From: Dicyema japonicum
Taxonomy: Eukaryota; Animalia; Dicyemida
NCBI GenBank assembly: GCA_011109175.1
Contig: RDEW01000002.1
Span: 545,808-609,807, forward strand
Reading direction: 5' to 3'
Length of the DNA: 64,000 bases
The position numbers and the translations under genes are program-made. Position 1 is the stretch's first letter. Every line of letters starts with the position of its first letter. A model generated the notes under the pieces. The model searched no databases. It was not told the DNA's origin and saw only the letters and a program-made list of their open reading frames with translations. Of this stretch, positions 24,300 through 36,720 are shown piece after piece.

Positions 24300-26800
24300 A
24301 GAAACAATCATGTTCCAGCTGCCCATAGACAGTAGGTGTTGCCGCTGACGATGACCATAGTTAGACACAGTAAAAACCGTCTTCGTTCGAGAGGGTCTCT
24401 TTGTCACAACATTCCCGATTTCATTGACCATATCCATTCTCATAACTTCTCAAAATGTTTCGAAGGCGATTGGAATGAAAGAAATTTTATTTAAATATCA
24501 GTTCAGTGGTCGACATACAAATTAATATAAAACTTTATTGTGTCAATTCATTAAATCCTTTTAAAGCCAACTTCCAAAGAGAAACCGCTATATTATCATC
24601 AAAGTTGATGATAGATTTTGCATTATCCAAAAAGGCGCAATCAATCCTCTAAAATTAATGATTGATCAACTCACTCTTCTCAAATTAGTTGGAATAACAA
24701 ATGCACGGTATTCAATCTCACTCAGTCCTAGAATTTCCATAGCCTTATAATTATTGACAACATCATCAGGAATGCTTACAGTTTGATGAATAGACTTTGT
24801 TACTCGTGAATCAAAGTACCAAAATACTTTCTGCAACATTATTTAGGATTACTTGGACGAAGAGGCTAAGCTCCGTAACCAGGATTGTAATATTTTTAAT
24901 TCATCACTTAAATTCTTTATTCTTTCTTCATTTTTACTAGAATCTACATTTCTTTCGATTTCTCTGATTTTATTATCATAGGATTCTACCAAATTTGTCT
25001 ATCACTTAGTTATCAACAAACCATTGTCTCCAATTTCATTTGGACAGTTTCATTCCTCAGTCTCTCCTTTTCAAGTTCTTCCATTAATGCCTTTACAGAT
25101 GTCTTCAACGAATTGTTGCACGTCTTTATTTTTTCACGATCTATTATCAAATGACTTATTCGCTCTTCCATTTCTTTCTAAACTTAGTAAATCAGTCACT
25201 TTGTTGTTCTCCAATATTTTTATGCTATTTTTGTATTCTATTAGCTGTTTTTGTAGTCTATGGGTTGTTGCCTTCAGTCTAACACATTCCTCTGTTTTTA
25301 TTCTAAGACTGACATCGTCAAAGAAATTTTACTTTTTGCAAATCTCATTATTCATATTTTTCACTTTTTTAAACTTTTGCTGTAAATCATTCACTTTTTT
25401 GTTCAAAATGTCTTTATGATTTTCTGTTTCTTTTATCGCCTTCTTTTTGGGAGCTGCAGTTTTGTCAAAATTTAGATTTTTATTCAAATTCTTTCTTTTT
25501 ACGTTGCCTGAATTATTCTAAAGTAAAAGAAATCTAAACTATATGATTCTTCTTAATACTAAACTCCCATCGTTCCTTGAAAATATTTAACTGAGTTTTG
25601 AGACTCTTGTTGTTGATTCTAACTTCGTGAAAAGATCTCTCAAGTTGTATTTTACTCCTTTTGAGGTCACATAACTAGTAGTTACTAAACCACGTGGTAC
25701 TTGATATCTAAGATTCACGTTGTATCTTTTTATACTACAAAATTGCTTTTTAAGGTCGGACGGCTGCTTCTTTCTCACAGCTAAAATAGGTGACACTCCG
25801 ATTGAATGCATTTTTGGTCTTTTTGGAATTACTTTTTTGGTTATATAAACTGTATTTTCCGTCTAAATATAGTTTTGGTTATTACAGTGGCATATGCATG
25901 GAGAGAATCAATAGTCTTCCGATGACTAGAATTAGATTATCTTGTACTTTAAATTTTGTTGGTCGAGTTTACTTATTAATGCTTTGTTGGTTTTGTTTTT
26001 AACGTTTAAATCGTTGTATTTGATCAAAATTTGACTAAATTGATTAAATAATAAAAATACTCGTAATTATTTTTTATGTTTCTGTACTTTTCTTCTAATT
26101 CCTCACAATCAGTTCGAATCATGGTTATTTCCCCTTTATTCTACAATGAAAAAAGGCCCATACCTTATGGTCATCTCCTCCATAATTCGTTCGTTAGTTG
26201 ACAACTTTCTAGCGATTTGTTGCTTTTCGTCGTTGACCTTATTTAATTTATTTTTATATTGACTCAATTCTACGATTTATTGAGTGTTATGCCTTCTTGT
26301 AGTAATTTTTTTGCGTAAGTGACCTCGCTAATGCAGGTAATTAGTTCAGAGTTCTTTAATGTTGTGCTGTCCAGACTTTGTTGTAGCTTGAATCTTTATT
26401 ATTATTTTTATTACTTTTCTTCTCTCAATTTAGAATTTTCTTCACAAATACATTGCAGTTGATAGAGTGCCTCCAAACACGTCTCCTGCATTTGTTGCTT
26501 ATTTGATGACTTTGATTTATGGGTGGGAGTCCTTTTATTAGTTATGTTATCTTTACAGTCTGATTTGTTGGTCCATTTGGAGCTGTTTTGACAGTAGGCC
26601 ATTCTCTTTCCTTAGAGAGTGCAAAATGCTTCGAATTCTTCTATTTGACTCTGTGAGTGCTTCTATTTGTTGATCCTTTGCCTTTATAATACTTTCAGGA
26701 CAGACTTCAAACATTTCATGATCACTGAAAATTTCTATAGAAACTATTTTTATAGTTTAACTATTAAACAACATAATTGTGAATGTCATAAACTAAAAAT
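24300..26800 (-). CDS. Multi-exon gene for an unidentified coiled-coil protein (boundaries approximate)
   Basis: Long K/E/N-rich open segments (IIKAKDQQIEALTESNRRIRSIL; KKVNDLQQKFKKVKN; LRIKTEECVRLKATTHRLQKQLIEYK; EERIKNLSDELK) are joined by 22-29 nt GT-AG segments like those in neighbouring genes. No family recognised. Confidence 0.5.
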
Positions 26801-27852
26801 ATTTTACTAATTAAAATCTATCCAAAATAACTAATTTCTTTCTCACGTGTCTTCGCTTCCGCCCTTAGCGAAGATTTTGACCAACTCTTGTACTATAGAC
26901 TGCACGAAAAAATTTGCACTATGTGCGTCAAAGGATACGGTCTCAAGGGTTATCTTGAGCAAATATATGAGTGGATATTTCTATCCACTTCCAATTGCCA
27001 CAAGTACCACTGTGAATTTTGTCACGATCGATTGATATAGTTAGAATTTAAGCCAGAAGTCAAGTGGTTAATTAGTCAAAATGATAAGATGATGTGTCTT
27101 GAAGATGGACGAAGTCAAAGATTCAAAACATTGTAAACTAAAAGTTCTGAACAAAGGTTGCGTCGGGTGGACGTAGAATTAGAGTTCAAATCTCGTACAA
27201 CTCAAAATTGAAAGAATTTGAAGGATTATCTATCAGAAGTTGCTTGTATAGGATGATAGTTAATATGATTCTATGATGCTAATAATAAGGTTAGATTTTT
27301 TGTGTCATTTTAACTTTTATTTATCTTTACCTAACGTCTATGTTAAAAACTAAAAACTGCTCTAAGAGATAAAGAGAATAAATTGACCAACTCTAAAATA
27401 AAATTTTCTACCGGTATAGGTCACGTGTGTTTTTTGAATCTCGTTTTTCTTAATCTGCTTTTACGAATTATCCTGTAGGTGACTATGTTAAATGGAGGAA
27501 ATTGAATAAATACTAATGCTTAGGTTATTCCAATAACTTTCGTAATTTATGGAGCAGTTGAAAAAATGATGAAACATGGATTGAAGAATTGCAACCCGGT
27601 TTGTAGATCCTCGTGAGAACAATTCCCTCAATAGTGCGAAATGGACATTGAAAATTTACCTTATTTACAATTCTATATAAAACAGACATTAGATATTTCC
27701 GGAGACAGCACAAAAGTTCAGGGATCACGGAAGAAACTACATGAACTTATTGGTTAATTCTTCGATTACTTTGGAACTGCCTAGTGAGTAATCAAAAACA
27801 AAATTAAAATAAATAACAAATCTATAAAGTTATGGACAAAAAATCTAAAAAA

Positions 27853-29265
27853 TCACCACAAAACCAATTCAGGATCACAAATTGAAGGAGTCTCGTGAGA
27901 ATACAATAATGGAATGTGATGTATTGACATATCACTATAAATCTGTAATAGTAATTCAGTTAACTCACAATATGCAAATTACATCCTTCATTAGTATTAG
28001 ACATCTCCACTCCCTCCACAAACAATCCTTCAGGGGGTCGAATAATCCCTCTAAACTAAATCTCACATAATACAGTGGACGTAATCGCCTATTCAACACG
28101 TGGAAAAGCAGAACATTCTCCCTGTAATGCAATGCTAATCTGTTTCCTCTGGAATTGCTGACAATCCCAACAGGGATACCTCCAATTGTTAACTCTGATT
28201 AATTAACCCACATGCGTATACCAGGCCCAACGCTGTTGTAAGGACAAAGATCCATTAAAGTGAAGACAAATGTCTTCTGGTCCATGCAGAGGCCGTAAAT
28301 GATTTGTGAATTATTTGTAGTGAATATAAAAAGATTCTGTTGATTAATAAACACAGCAGACTGAATTATATAAATTATACTTTAATAACATATTCATAAA
28401 CATTACTTCGAGATATATATCCATATTCTTCGATGGTTAACCAAATTCTTTATTAAATACATAAATTCAAACATAAAATAGTTGGATGTGTGGCATGTGA
28501 TGACGGTTCCATTATTGCAGCAAAAGATAAATCTAATGGGAAATAGGCCGAATGCAGAATATTCCGAATTTACTTTTGTAATAATATTAGCTTTCTATCA
28601 ATATTTCAATAATTACACAATAATAGTGGAGGAAATCACACTAGTCAACAGAATAGACTCCTCATTTAACAAAGCTGCGTGCGTAACTGGAAAATCCGAT
28701 TGAGAAAAATCTAGAATATTCCTAATTGTTCTAAAATATATTAACATAATACTTTACGTCTTTGATACTGAGAATAACACATCCAACATTATCCCCAATG
28801 ACAAGCAAATCATTTTTAATCCACGACAGGAAATATGTGTTCTCACTACCAAGGGATACCCTACAAGACGGGCATCCTTCGCAGTCAAATATGAGTACTT
28901 CGTCCTTTTTTGAGATTGCTGTTATTTTGTTGGCTTGGTTGATCGTAATTGTGTTGCATGTTAGGCTAATATAAGTGTGAAATTACCAATGAGAAGGTTT
29001 TTTAGTAAAATAACTCAGTATACTGGTTTTGGGTATACGGGGGATGTGGATTGTTAATGTTGATATTATAATCTGATCGAAAATGTGCCAAAATTCCTGC
29101 AAAAATAGAGAGTAATACTGAGAGAATATCTTCTGTAGGAGCAGTGTAGTAAAATATATAGCCGTATTCTATTAGTCCTATTTCTCCTTTCTTAGGAATT
29201 GAGGCATATGCTTCGTAGTTGTAGAGTGACTATAATCATGCACACATAACCACCTTTGAGGACAT
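27853..29265 (-). CDS. AAAS: Divergent Aladin (WD40 nucleoporin), copy A
   Basis: Spliced N-terminus MSSKSLYNYEAYASIPKKGEIGLIEY (cf. human PPPRGQVTLYEH); KITAISKKDEVLIFD; FIFTTNNSQIIYGL; ELTIGGIPVGIVSNSRGNRLAL (cf. [20 protein letters not shown]); C-terminal LLLQIYSDMSIHHIPLLY (cf. LLSVGWSTGRIAHIPLYF). Human comparisons are from memory. Confidence 0.7.
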
Positions 29266-29291
29266 TATATGTTTTTAAAAGTTTTATTTAA

Positions 29292-29429
29292 GTTTATATA
29301 ATTTTATTTTATAAGGAAAAAGGAAAAAGAATAGTTAATTTTAATTCAGCTGTTGGGAATGCACAAGCTATTCCCCGGACAACAGCCAGAGAGCCTCTCC
29401 TTGAGCCATCTCGTCTCACGAAGATCACC
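29292..29429 (-). mobile_element. 5'-truncated CRE-like insertion with 12-bp TSD, absent from the duplicate copy
   Basis: TSD agttttatttaa at 29280-29291 and 29430-29441. The insert encodes DLRETRWLKERLS/LAVVRGIA. The empty site lies near 31545. Confidence 0.85.
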
Positions 29430-30123
29430 AGTTTTATTTAATAAATATGGATATTGTAAAATAACAAAAAAATANAAAATTGAAAGAATTTGAAGGATTA
29501 TCTATCAGAAGTTGCGTGTATAGGATGATAGTTAATATGATTCTATGATGCTAATAATAAGGTTAGATTTTTTGTGTCATTTTAACTTTTATTTATTTAC
29601 CTAACGTCTATGTTAAAAACTAAAAACTGCTCTAAGAGATAAATAGAATAAATTGACCAACTTTAAAATAAAATTTTCTACCGGTATAGGTCACGTGTGT
29701 TTTTTGAATCTAGTTTTTCTTAATCTGCTTTTACGAATTATCCTGTAGGTGACTATGTTAAATGGAGGAAATTGAATAAATACTAATGCTTAGGTTATTC
29801 CAATAACTTTCGTAATTTATGGAGCAGTTGAAAAAATGATGAAACATGGATTGAAGAATTGCAACCAGGTTTGTAGATCCTCGTGAGAACAATTCCCTCA
29901 ATAGTGCGAAATGGACATTGAAAATTTACCCTATTTACAATTCTATATAAAACAGACATTAGATATTTCCGGAGACAGCACAAAAGTTCAGGGATCACGG
30001 AAGAAACTACATGAACTTATTGGTTAATTCTTCGATTACTTTGGAACTGCCTAGTGAGTAATCAAAAACAAAATTAAAATAAATAACAAATCTATAAAGT
30101 TATGGACAAAAAATCTAAAAAAT

Positions 30124-31532
30124 CACCACAAAACCAATTCAGGATCACAAATTGAAAGAGTCTCGTGAGAATACAATAATGGAATGTGATGTATTGACAT
30201 ATCACTATAGATCTGTAACAGTAATTCAGTTAACTCACAATATGCAAATTACATCCTTCATTAGTATTAGACATCTCCACTCCCTCCACAAACAATCCTT
30301 CAGGGGGTCGAATAATCCCTCTAAACTAAATCTCACATAATACAGTGGACGTAATCGCCTATTCAACACGTGGAAAAGCAGAACATTCTCCCTGTAATGC
30401 AATGCTAATCTGTTTCCTCTGGAATTGCTGACAATCCCAACAGGGATACCTCCAATTGTTAACTCTGATTAATTAACCCACATGCGTATACCAGGCCCAA
30501 CGTTGTAAGGACAAAGATCCATTAAAGTGAAGACAAATGTCTTCTGCTCCATGCAGAGGCCGTAAATGATTTGTGAATTATTTGTAGTGAATATAAAAAG
30601 ATTCTGTTGATTAATAAACACAGCAGACTGAATTATATAAATTATACTTTAATAACATATTCATAAACATTACTTCGAGATATATATCCATATTCTTCGA
30701 TGGTTAACCAAATTCTTTATTAAATACATAAATTCAAACATAAAATAGTTCGATGTGTGGCATGTGATGACGGTTCCATTATTGCAGCAGAAGATAAATC
30801 TAATGGGAAATAGGCCGAATGCAGAATATTCCGAATTTACTTTTGTAATAATATTAGCTTTCTATTAATATTTCAATAATTACACAATAATAGTGGAGGA
30901 AATCAAACTAGTCAACAGAATAGACTCCTCATTTAACAAAGCTGCGTGCGTAACTGGAAAATCCGATTGAGAAAAATCTAGAATATTCCTAATTGTTCTA
31001 GAATATATAAACATAATACTTTATGTCTTTGATACTGAGAATAACACATCCAACATTATCCCCAATGACAAGCAAATCATTTTTAATCCACGACAGGAAA
31101 TATGTGTTCTCACTACCAAGGGATACCCTACAAGACGGGCATCCTTCGCAGTCAAATATGAGTACTTCGTCCTTTTTTGAGATTGCTGTTAGTTTGTTGG
31201 CTTGGTTGATCGTAATTGTTTTGCATGTTAGGCTAATATAAGTGTGAAATTACCAATGAGAAGGTTTTTTAGTAAGATAACTCAGTATACTGGTTTTGGG
31301 TATACGGGGGATGTGGATGGTTGGTGTTGATATTATAATCTGATCGGAAATGTGCCAAAATTCCTGCAAAAATAGAGAGTAATACTGAGAGAATATCTTC
31401 TGTAGGAGCAGTATAGTAAAATATATAGCCGTATTCTATTAGTCCTATTTCTCCTTTCTTAGGAATTGAGGCATATGCTTCGTAGTTGTAGAGTGACTAT
31501 AATCATGCACACATAACCACCTTTGAGGACAT
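30124..31532 (-). CDS. AAAS: Divergent Aladin, copy B (probable second allele)
   Basis: Near-identical to 27853-29265; the one indel seen in coding sequence is 3 nt (in-frame). Confidence 0.65.
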
Positions 31533-32329
31533 TAAATGTTTTAAAAGTTTTATTTAATAAATATGGATATTGTAAAATAACAAAAAAATACATTGGTAGT
31601 GACAGTATCAAACAATATTTTAAAATACCTTTGGTTCACATTTTTCTGGTGTTAACAAACCTTTCCAGAACACTAAACGTTTCTCCAATACTTACGGAAC
31701 CCCACCGTTGCTTCCTCAAGATGTCAAAGTCTCCTGACCATCCCCTCGGACCGGATATCAAGCTATACCAGGGCACCTGGTAGAGATACGAAAAGAAGTT
31801 TTCCCCTTTGTGGAGATTAATCCAGGACTCCAAAACTAACCGCAGGCAAATGCCTGGTATGGACACCGGCATCACTTAACTTAGACGATAACTCTTGTCC
31901 TTTTTCTTGCGATTCCGGGGTTAATATAATTAAATTAAGCAAACTTGTGCAATACGAATCTGAAGAAGATTAATGTCTCTCAAGTAATAGTCACTAACGT
32001 TTTACAAAGGTTCTCCTCTTCCCCGCTAAAACTAATCTTTTTGAGGAATTTGTGAGGTAAAAGGAGCCCTGTTGATACTTCCTAATTTCCCAAAATTGAC
32101 TCTTACATACAGGAAGTGCGTCGGTTCTTTTGACGAACATCAAGTAAAGATGAAACGGCTGCTTAAGGATGCCGGGATCATCTGAATGCCAAGTATTCCC
32201 TTTTAATTTGTCGATGATAAGGTTTAAATAATAACAATACCTAAGGGTGCAAGAGAATCAAATTTTTCTCTATTCAGCCAACTAGCGGGTATTGTCTCAG
32301 ACAGAAGCCTAATGAACTTACACCTTCCT

Positions 32330-33240
32330 ACGCTCCAGAGATCTCGAGGAGAACCCAACCCCGTCTCAACTAACTATTTACAGCTCAACGTTAACAACAT
32401 CAAGTCGAATATTTTGGAGCTATGAGCACTCCTTTCTAACCATTGTGTAGAAGTCTCAGTTATTCAAGAAAGCAAACTTAATTCGTCATTCTTAAACCCA
32501 GTCTTCCAAGATTGCACCATCTTGAAAAAGGAATGTCTTGGATTTAATGCGACCTCTTTACTATCATCAAAAACCAAGTATCACACATATAAGTTTCTAC
32601 AACTGGATATCTTATTGTAAGAAAACAGGAAAACCGAACAACAAATCATAGCCTTGGAAAATGGCGTATTTACTCTATATATTGTTGACACGTAAATTTT
32701 CCCTCCTGTTTCATACCCTAACGATTATGCTCTCAGATAACCATATAATTATCTTCTGAACGCCACACACCTGCAATGGTTTTACTTTCAAGACTATGAT
32801 GTCTGAGAAAACCATATTATCGATTCCCTCGGAAAATTCGTGCTTTTGAATTACAATTGTAGCCACATCAGGACACCAACACGGCGTAAAGATAGTATTA
32901 TTTCTCCTGATATAAAAAGAACTCAATAATATCAGTCACAAGGACGCTACGGTTATTCACAAAGACTTCTCAAAGGCATAAACATCTCTATGCAATGGCA
33001 CAGTCTTAAGGCCACCGCGTTGTCTGATGTATTCTTTCCGGAAATTGTCAGGAATGTTATTGGAACGATGAAGCCTTCTCCTGCCCTCTTTAACCTATTT
33101 CTACGAGATATGCAATATCCGTAGGAAATCCAGATGATTATTGATGCTATAATAGTTCCACATGCAACAAAACTGCAGTATTTTTTGCGAAAGGCCAAAA
33201 GCGAAAAAAACAAACCTCACCTGATTGGATAGAGATGGAG
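32330..33240 (+). mobile_element. Decayed Jockey/I-like LINE (APE start and RT pieces)
   Basis: YLQLNVNNIKSNILEL, SVIQESKL, later ALFNLFLRDM. Confidence 0.65.
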
Positions 33241-34337
33241 TGGAAAGCGTCCTTAATTGTACTGAAAAAGGCCTCGACATTACAAGAACGCGCAGCTGTT
33301 AAGATCCTTACTTGGATAGTTCATTAAAAACGACCATTTTGGTAAATTGATAATTGACTAGGGATCCAAGATATGAATACATAAGGAATACATGCAGGCA
33401 CGATAATCAACATGTTTATGTCATCTTTTAGGATATCTTAATTCACTATTTGTTCACAGTAAATATTTTATTTACATTTTTTAGCGTGTAATTATAAAAA
33501 AAACACATGAGAAGTCATTGATTTGGATTTTAGAGAAAGGGTAAAATTAAATTATTGACCCCAATTTCGCTAACATGTAGGAAACTGGCAACCATCTAAT
33601 AACGCACCGCTAATATATGATGCTCCCAGAGATCCATTACTTTTACGTCGAGCCTGGTGGTCTAGAACAAACAAAAAGATCCCAAACTACTCCCCAGCAG
33701 AGACAGATGATGTCCACACCATAAACGAGAAAGTTCCACTCTAACGGACCTAGGAAGAAGCAGTTGTGAGGAGCTAACCTCAGGAGGTCTGTACTCCAGT
33801 ATCGTTTTCTCTTCGAGAGTTCATATTGCACACATAACACAAATTCATGCTGGAATAAATTGATTTTTTATTTTGAATCGTCAATTTCTGCAAAGGACCT
33901 CGAAGTCGCCTATCAAATGGTTCAGAGGATGCTCAATTCTTAACCCAATGGTTTGAAAAACTACGTCTGGAAGTATCACCTACAAAATCTTTTGTGACCT
34001 TTTTTACATTTTGCAAACAACATTATACAAGGATGCCTAAGACCACGACTAACGATGTGGATAAATATCTCTCTTCCTCTATGAAGCCATGGACAAATAT
34101 CTTAAAAACCGTCCCAGATAACCACATATCCTTTCTGGAGACCTATCCAGGATTTTCGTCCACGTCGGATAAGACCTTTCCTGTATTGGCCTGGGGTCAC
34201 AGTTAGTTGGACTTTCTTTTCCTTTTAACCTGATGATCGTGTGTTAATAATAATTCTGATACTATTATTATTATTACTTTTTTATAAACCAATTTTAGTT
34301 AACGTAAAAACTAACATTTAACAACTGCTGGCTGCTC

Positions 34338-34740
34338 TCACATAATTGAGAATGCATTTCTCCTGACGATTCGCAGAATTGCACTCAATGAACCAGCTCC
34401 TTTCTCTCCTATCATTTTTTCCTGGCGATGAGCAAGCCGATTCTGTTTAACAGGACCAGTGACCTGTTTCCTATGATTCCTGACGTTTCCACGGCGACTG
34501 GTTAAAAAATGAACTGTCCACCAAGACATGCGTACTTCTTTACTCTCGTTTGTCGATACAGAAGCCAGACGAGCCAGACGATGCTGATCAAGCACAGGTT
34601 TTATCTCTTCTATGATCTTTGAGCATAAAAGCTTGTCCCATTCTCGTTGTTTATTAGCGTTCTTCGGGAATCCAACACCCAGTCGCGTCCAGACTTCCCG
34701 AGCCATGCATACCACTGGTTCATCGTCCGATCCGTTAATG
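34338..34740 (-). mobile_element. CRE-like fragment (post-RT region)
   Basis: KQREWDKLLCSKI...HRLARLASVS resembles the CRE region after RT (QRxWD...RLxA). Confidence 0.6.
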
Positions 34741-34769
34741 TAGCGTAGGATCTACTATTATTATAATAT

Positions 34770-34838
34770 TAGACACCTGTGCACGCGGATTCTCTTCAAG
34801 GACTTATTCCAATAGTAATGAGCGTACACAGGTGTCTA
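34770..34838. repeat. 69-bp mini inverted-repeat element with TA ends
   Basis: tagacacctgtgcacgc (34770-34786) vs gcgtacacaggtgtcta (34822-34838): 16/17 inverted match. Confidence 0.6.
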
Positions 34839-35187
34839 GTTTTGATTTAAAGTGCTTAGGAGACTTGAAATAAATATTTTATTATTGCATTTGTAAGAAG
34901 AAGAGTATTTAAATAAGCAGTTTAAAAATCAAGTTTTTATTTTTACCCACTTGAGGTGTTTCCCATTGTCCTCCATCTCTGGGATCTTTAGGATCTCGTA
35001 TTAGAGCCTAGAAATGACCGTTGAAAGTTTTTGAAATTAGCATTGAAGCTCACGCCACTTAACAGAATGATATTGTCGAAATTTTCAGAAACTCAAATTC
35101 TTCATATCTTGTTCACTCACTTTTTCGGCAATGTTTTTATTTGTTCAAAACTTTTTTTAATTAAAATCCGTCATTTATTTGCGAGTT

Positions 35188-35453
35188 TTTCTCGCTGATG
35201 TTCATCTGGTGGAAGGTTCCACGCATCTACGATGCCGAAAGGGTTTGACGAGTGACGCCGTCATCAGTGGATTCTCACTGCGGAACTGGATTGTCTAGAA
35301 AGGACACTCACACAAGAAAAAGAAACAAAGAAGTGAAGATCATTCCTTGGTTCTACGATTAGTTAAAATTAACTGTTCTTTACTTAAATAAAGTGTGTGT
35401 CCTGCCTATGCGGAGCTATAAATATTATGGCTCTCGTTAAAAGGCTTTTATTA
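35188..35453 (+). mobile_element. SINE-like insertion, 5'-truncated, 13-bp TSD, RTE-like 3' end
   Basis: TSD ttatttgcgagtt at 35175-35187 and 35454-35466. Nucleotides 35408-35437 match the RTE 3' end at 22321-22350 at 27/30. Confidence 0.8.
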
Positions 35454-35621
35454 TTATTTGCGAGTTATCGTGTCAACATACAACATTGAGCTTTAATATT
35501 ATTATCCGCTTAGTAAGCTTATGTGACAGAAGAATCAGGAACAATATTAGTTACACGTGATTAATATTCTAGGAAATATGCAAATAAATAGGTAAATTAT
35601 AAATATATCGCAAACAGTATA

Positions 35622-36720
35622 ATGCTTAAAAAGATTACCAAAAGTATATTCACAAGACAAGTTACATTATCAAAACAAAGCCCTTTAGGTTATATAAACA
35701 TTTATATTAGAGAATAAGTTTGATCCACTGAATTCATACATCCAAGAAAATCCTGAAGAAGTCAGTCTCCAAACTATCTGTTTGGAATCCCTCTAAACGA
35801 GGTCATTGATGGATCATGCATTCATTACAAATTATATGTTGGCGTGATTTAATGTTAATTAAAGGCAATTCTTGAAGTGTTATACACTCAGGGACCAAAT
35901 GAGGTGAATATCTTAGTAGAAAAGCACCAATCATAAAAAAAGTGAAGAATTGTGTCAAACTATCAAATATACACACGACTTATGCATAGAACAAACAAGT
36001 GTTCTCGAAATAGGAACATTATTTAAGGTTACTGATTAAACCCATGTGGTAGAGATATCTCAGATCCCTACCAGTGTGTGTTCTTGATTCTCGATTGGGT
36101 TCCAAATGGCTACGTTGCCTGAAAACTAGTGACAATGATAAGAAAATGAAGATGTTTATAAGTATTGATTGAACTAATGGTAGAGTTATAAACAAACTGC
36201 CCCTATCTCACATAGTAATGCTTAAATTGATTGTATGTCTCATTAGGAAGATTGCACATAACTCCACATATAATAAAATGGACGCATGCTCCATCTGCAT
36301 TTGTATTGGAGGAAGTATGTTCATTCCCGCATACTCAAATGATATCTGTGAAATCAGCAAAGCTGTATCTTCTTTATATTTAACAAACGAAAGATGGCAG
36401 AATGCGTCCATTTTATCGTAATAAACGCCACAAATCTGTTAGACTCCCAAATAGACGACTTTTTCTCGCAAATAACCACAAATCGAGAAGGCTCAATTCG
36501 TGAATCCAGTGATATATTAAGTTACTTTAGTGAAACGACTACGGAGATCGACCACTCTTAATATTTATAATGATTTGTGTGAGAGAGAAAGTGATGATGC
36601 AACAATATCTGATGAGATTCGAAAGAGTACGTCCTCCAAATCATCTGATCTCACTTCAGAACTCCAATCACAAGATCTGTATAACAATGACATAATTCAA
36701 GGTCTCCAATTGTGAACCTA
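35622..36720 (+). CDS. RhoGAP-domain protein (5' and 3' limits uncertain; domain about 35770-36360)
   Basis: Spliced LFGIPLNEV, ILEVLYTQGP, VLEIGTLFKRYLRSLP, INKLPLSHIVMLKLIVCLIRKIAHNSTYNKMDACSICICIGGSMF match RhoGAP helices (K.YLR.LP; NKM...L..C.GP). Confidence 0.8.

Larger units (their letters stand above)
27204..31590. repeat. About 2.27 kb near-identical direct duplication (27204-29474 vs 29476-31590) joined at a single N
   Basis: The copies differ by scattered SNPs, a 3-nt indel and a 150-bp insertion. The sequence just left of N29475 reappears at about 31547-31590. Confidence 0.95.

Noticed and set aside
25024-25419. 131-aa hydrophobic plus-strand ORF
   Set aside because: Antisense shadow of the K/E-rich minus-strand coiled-coil exons.
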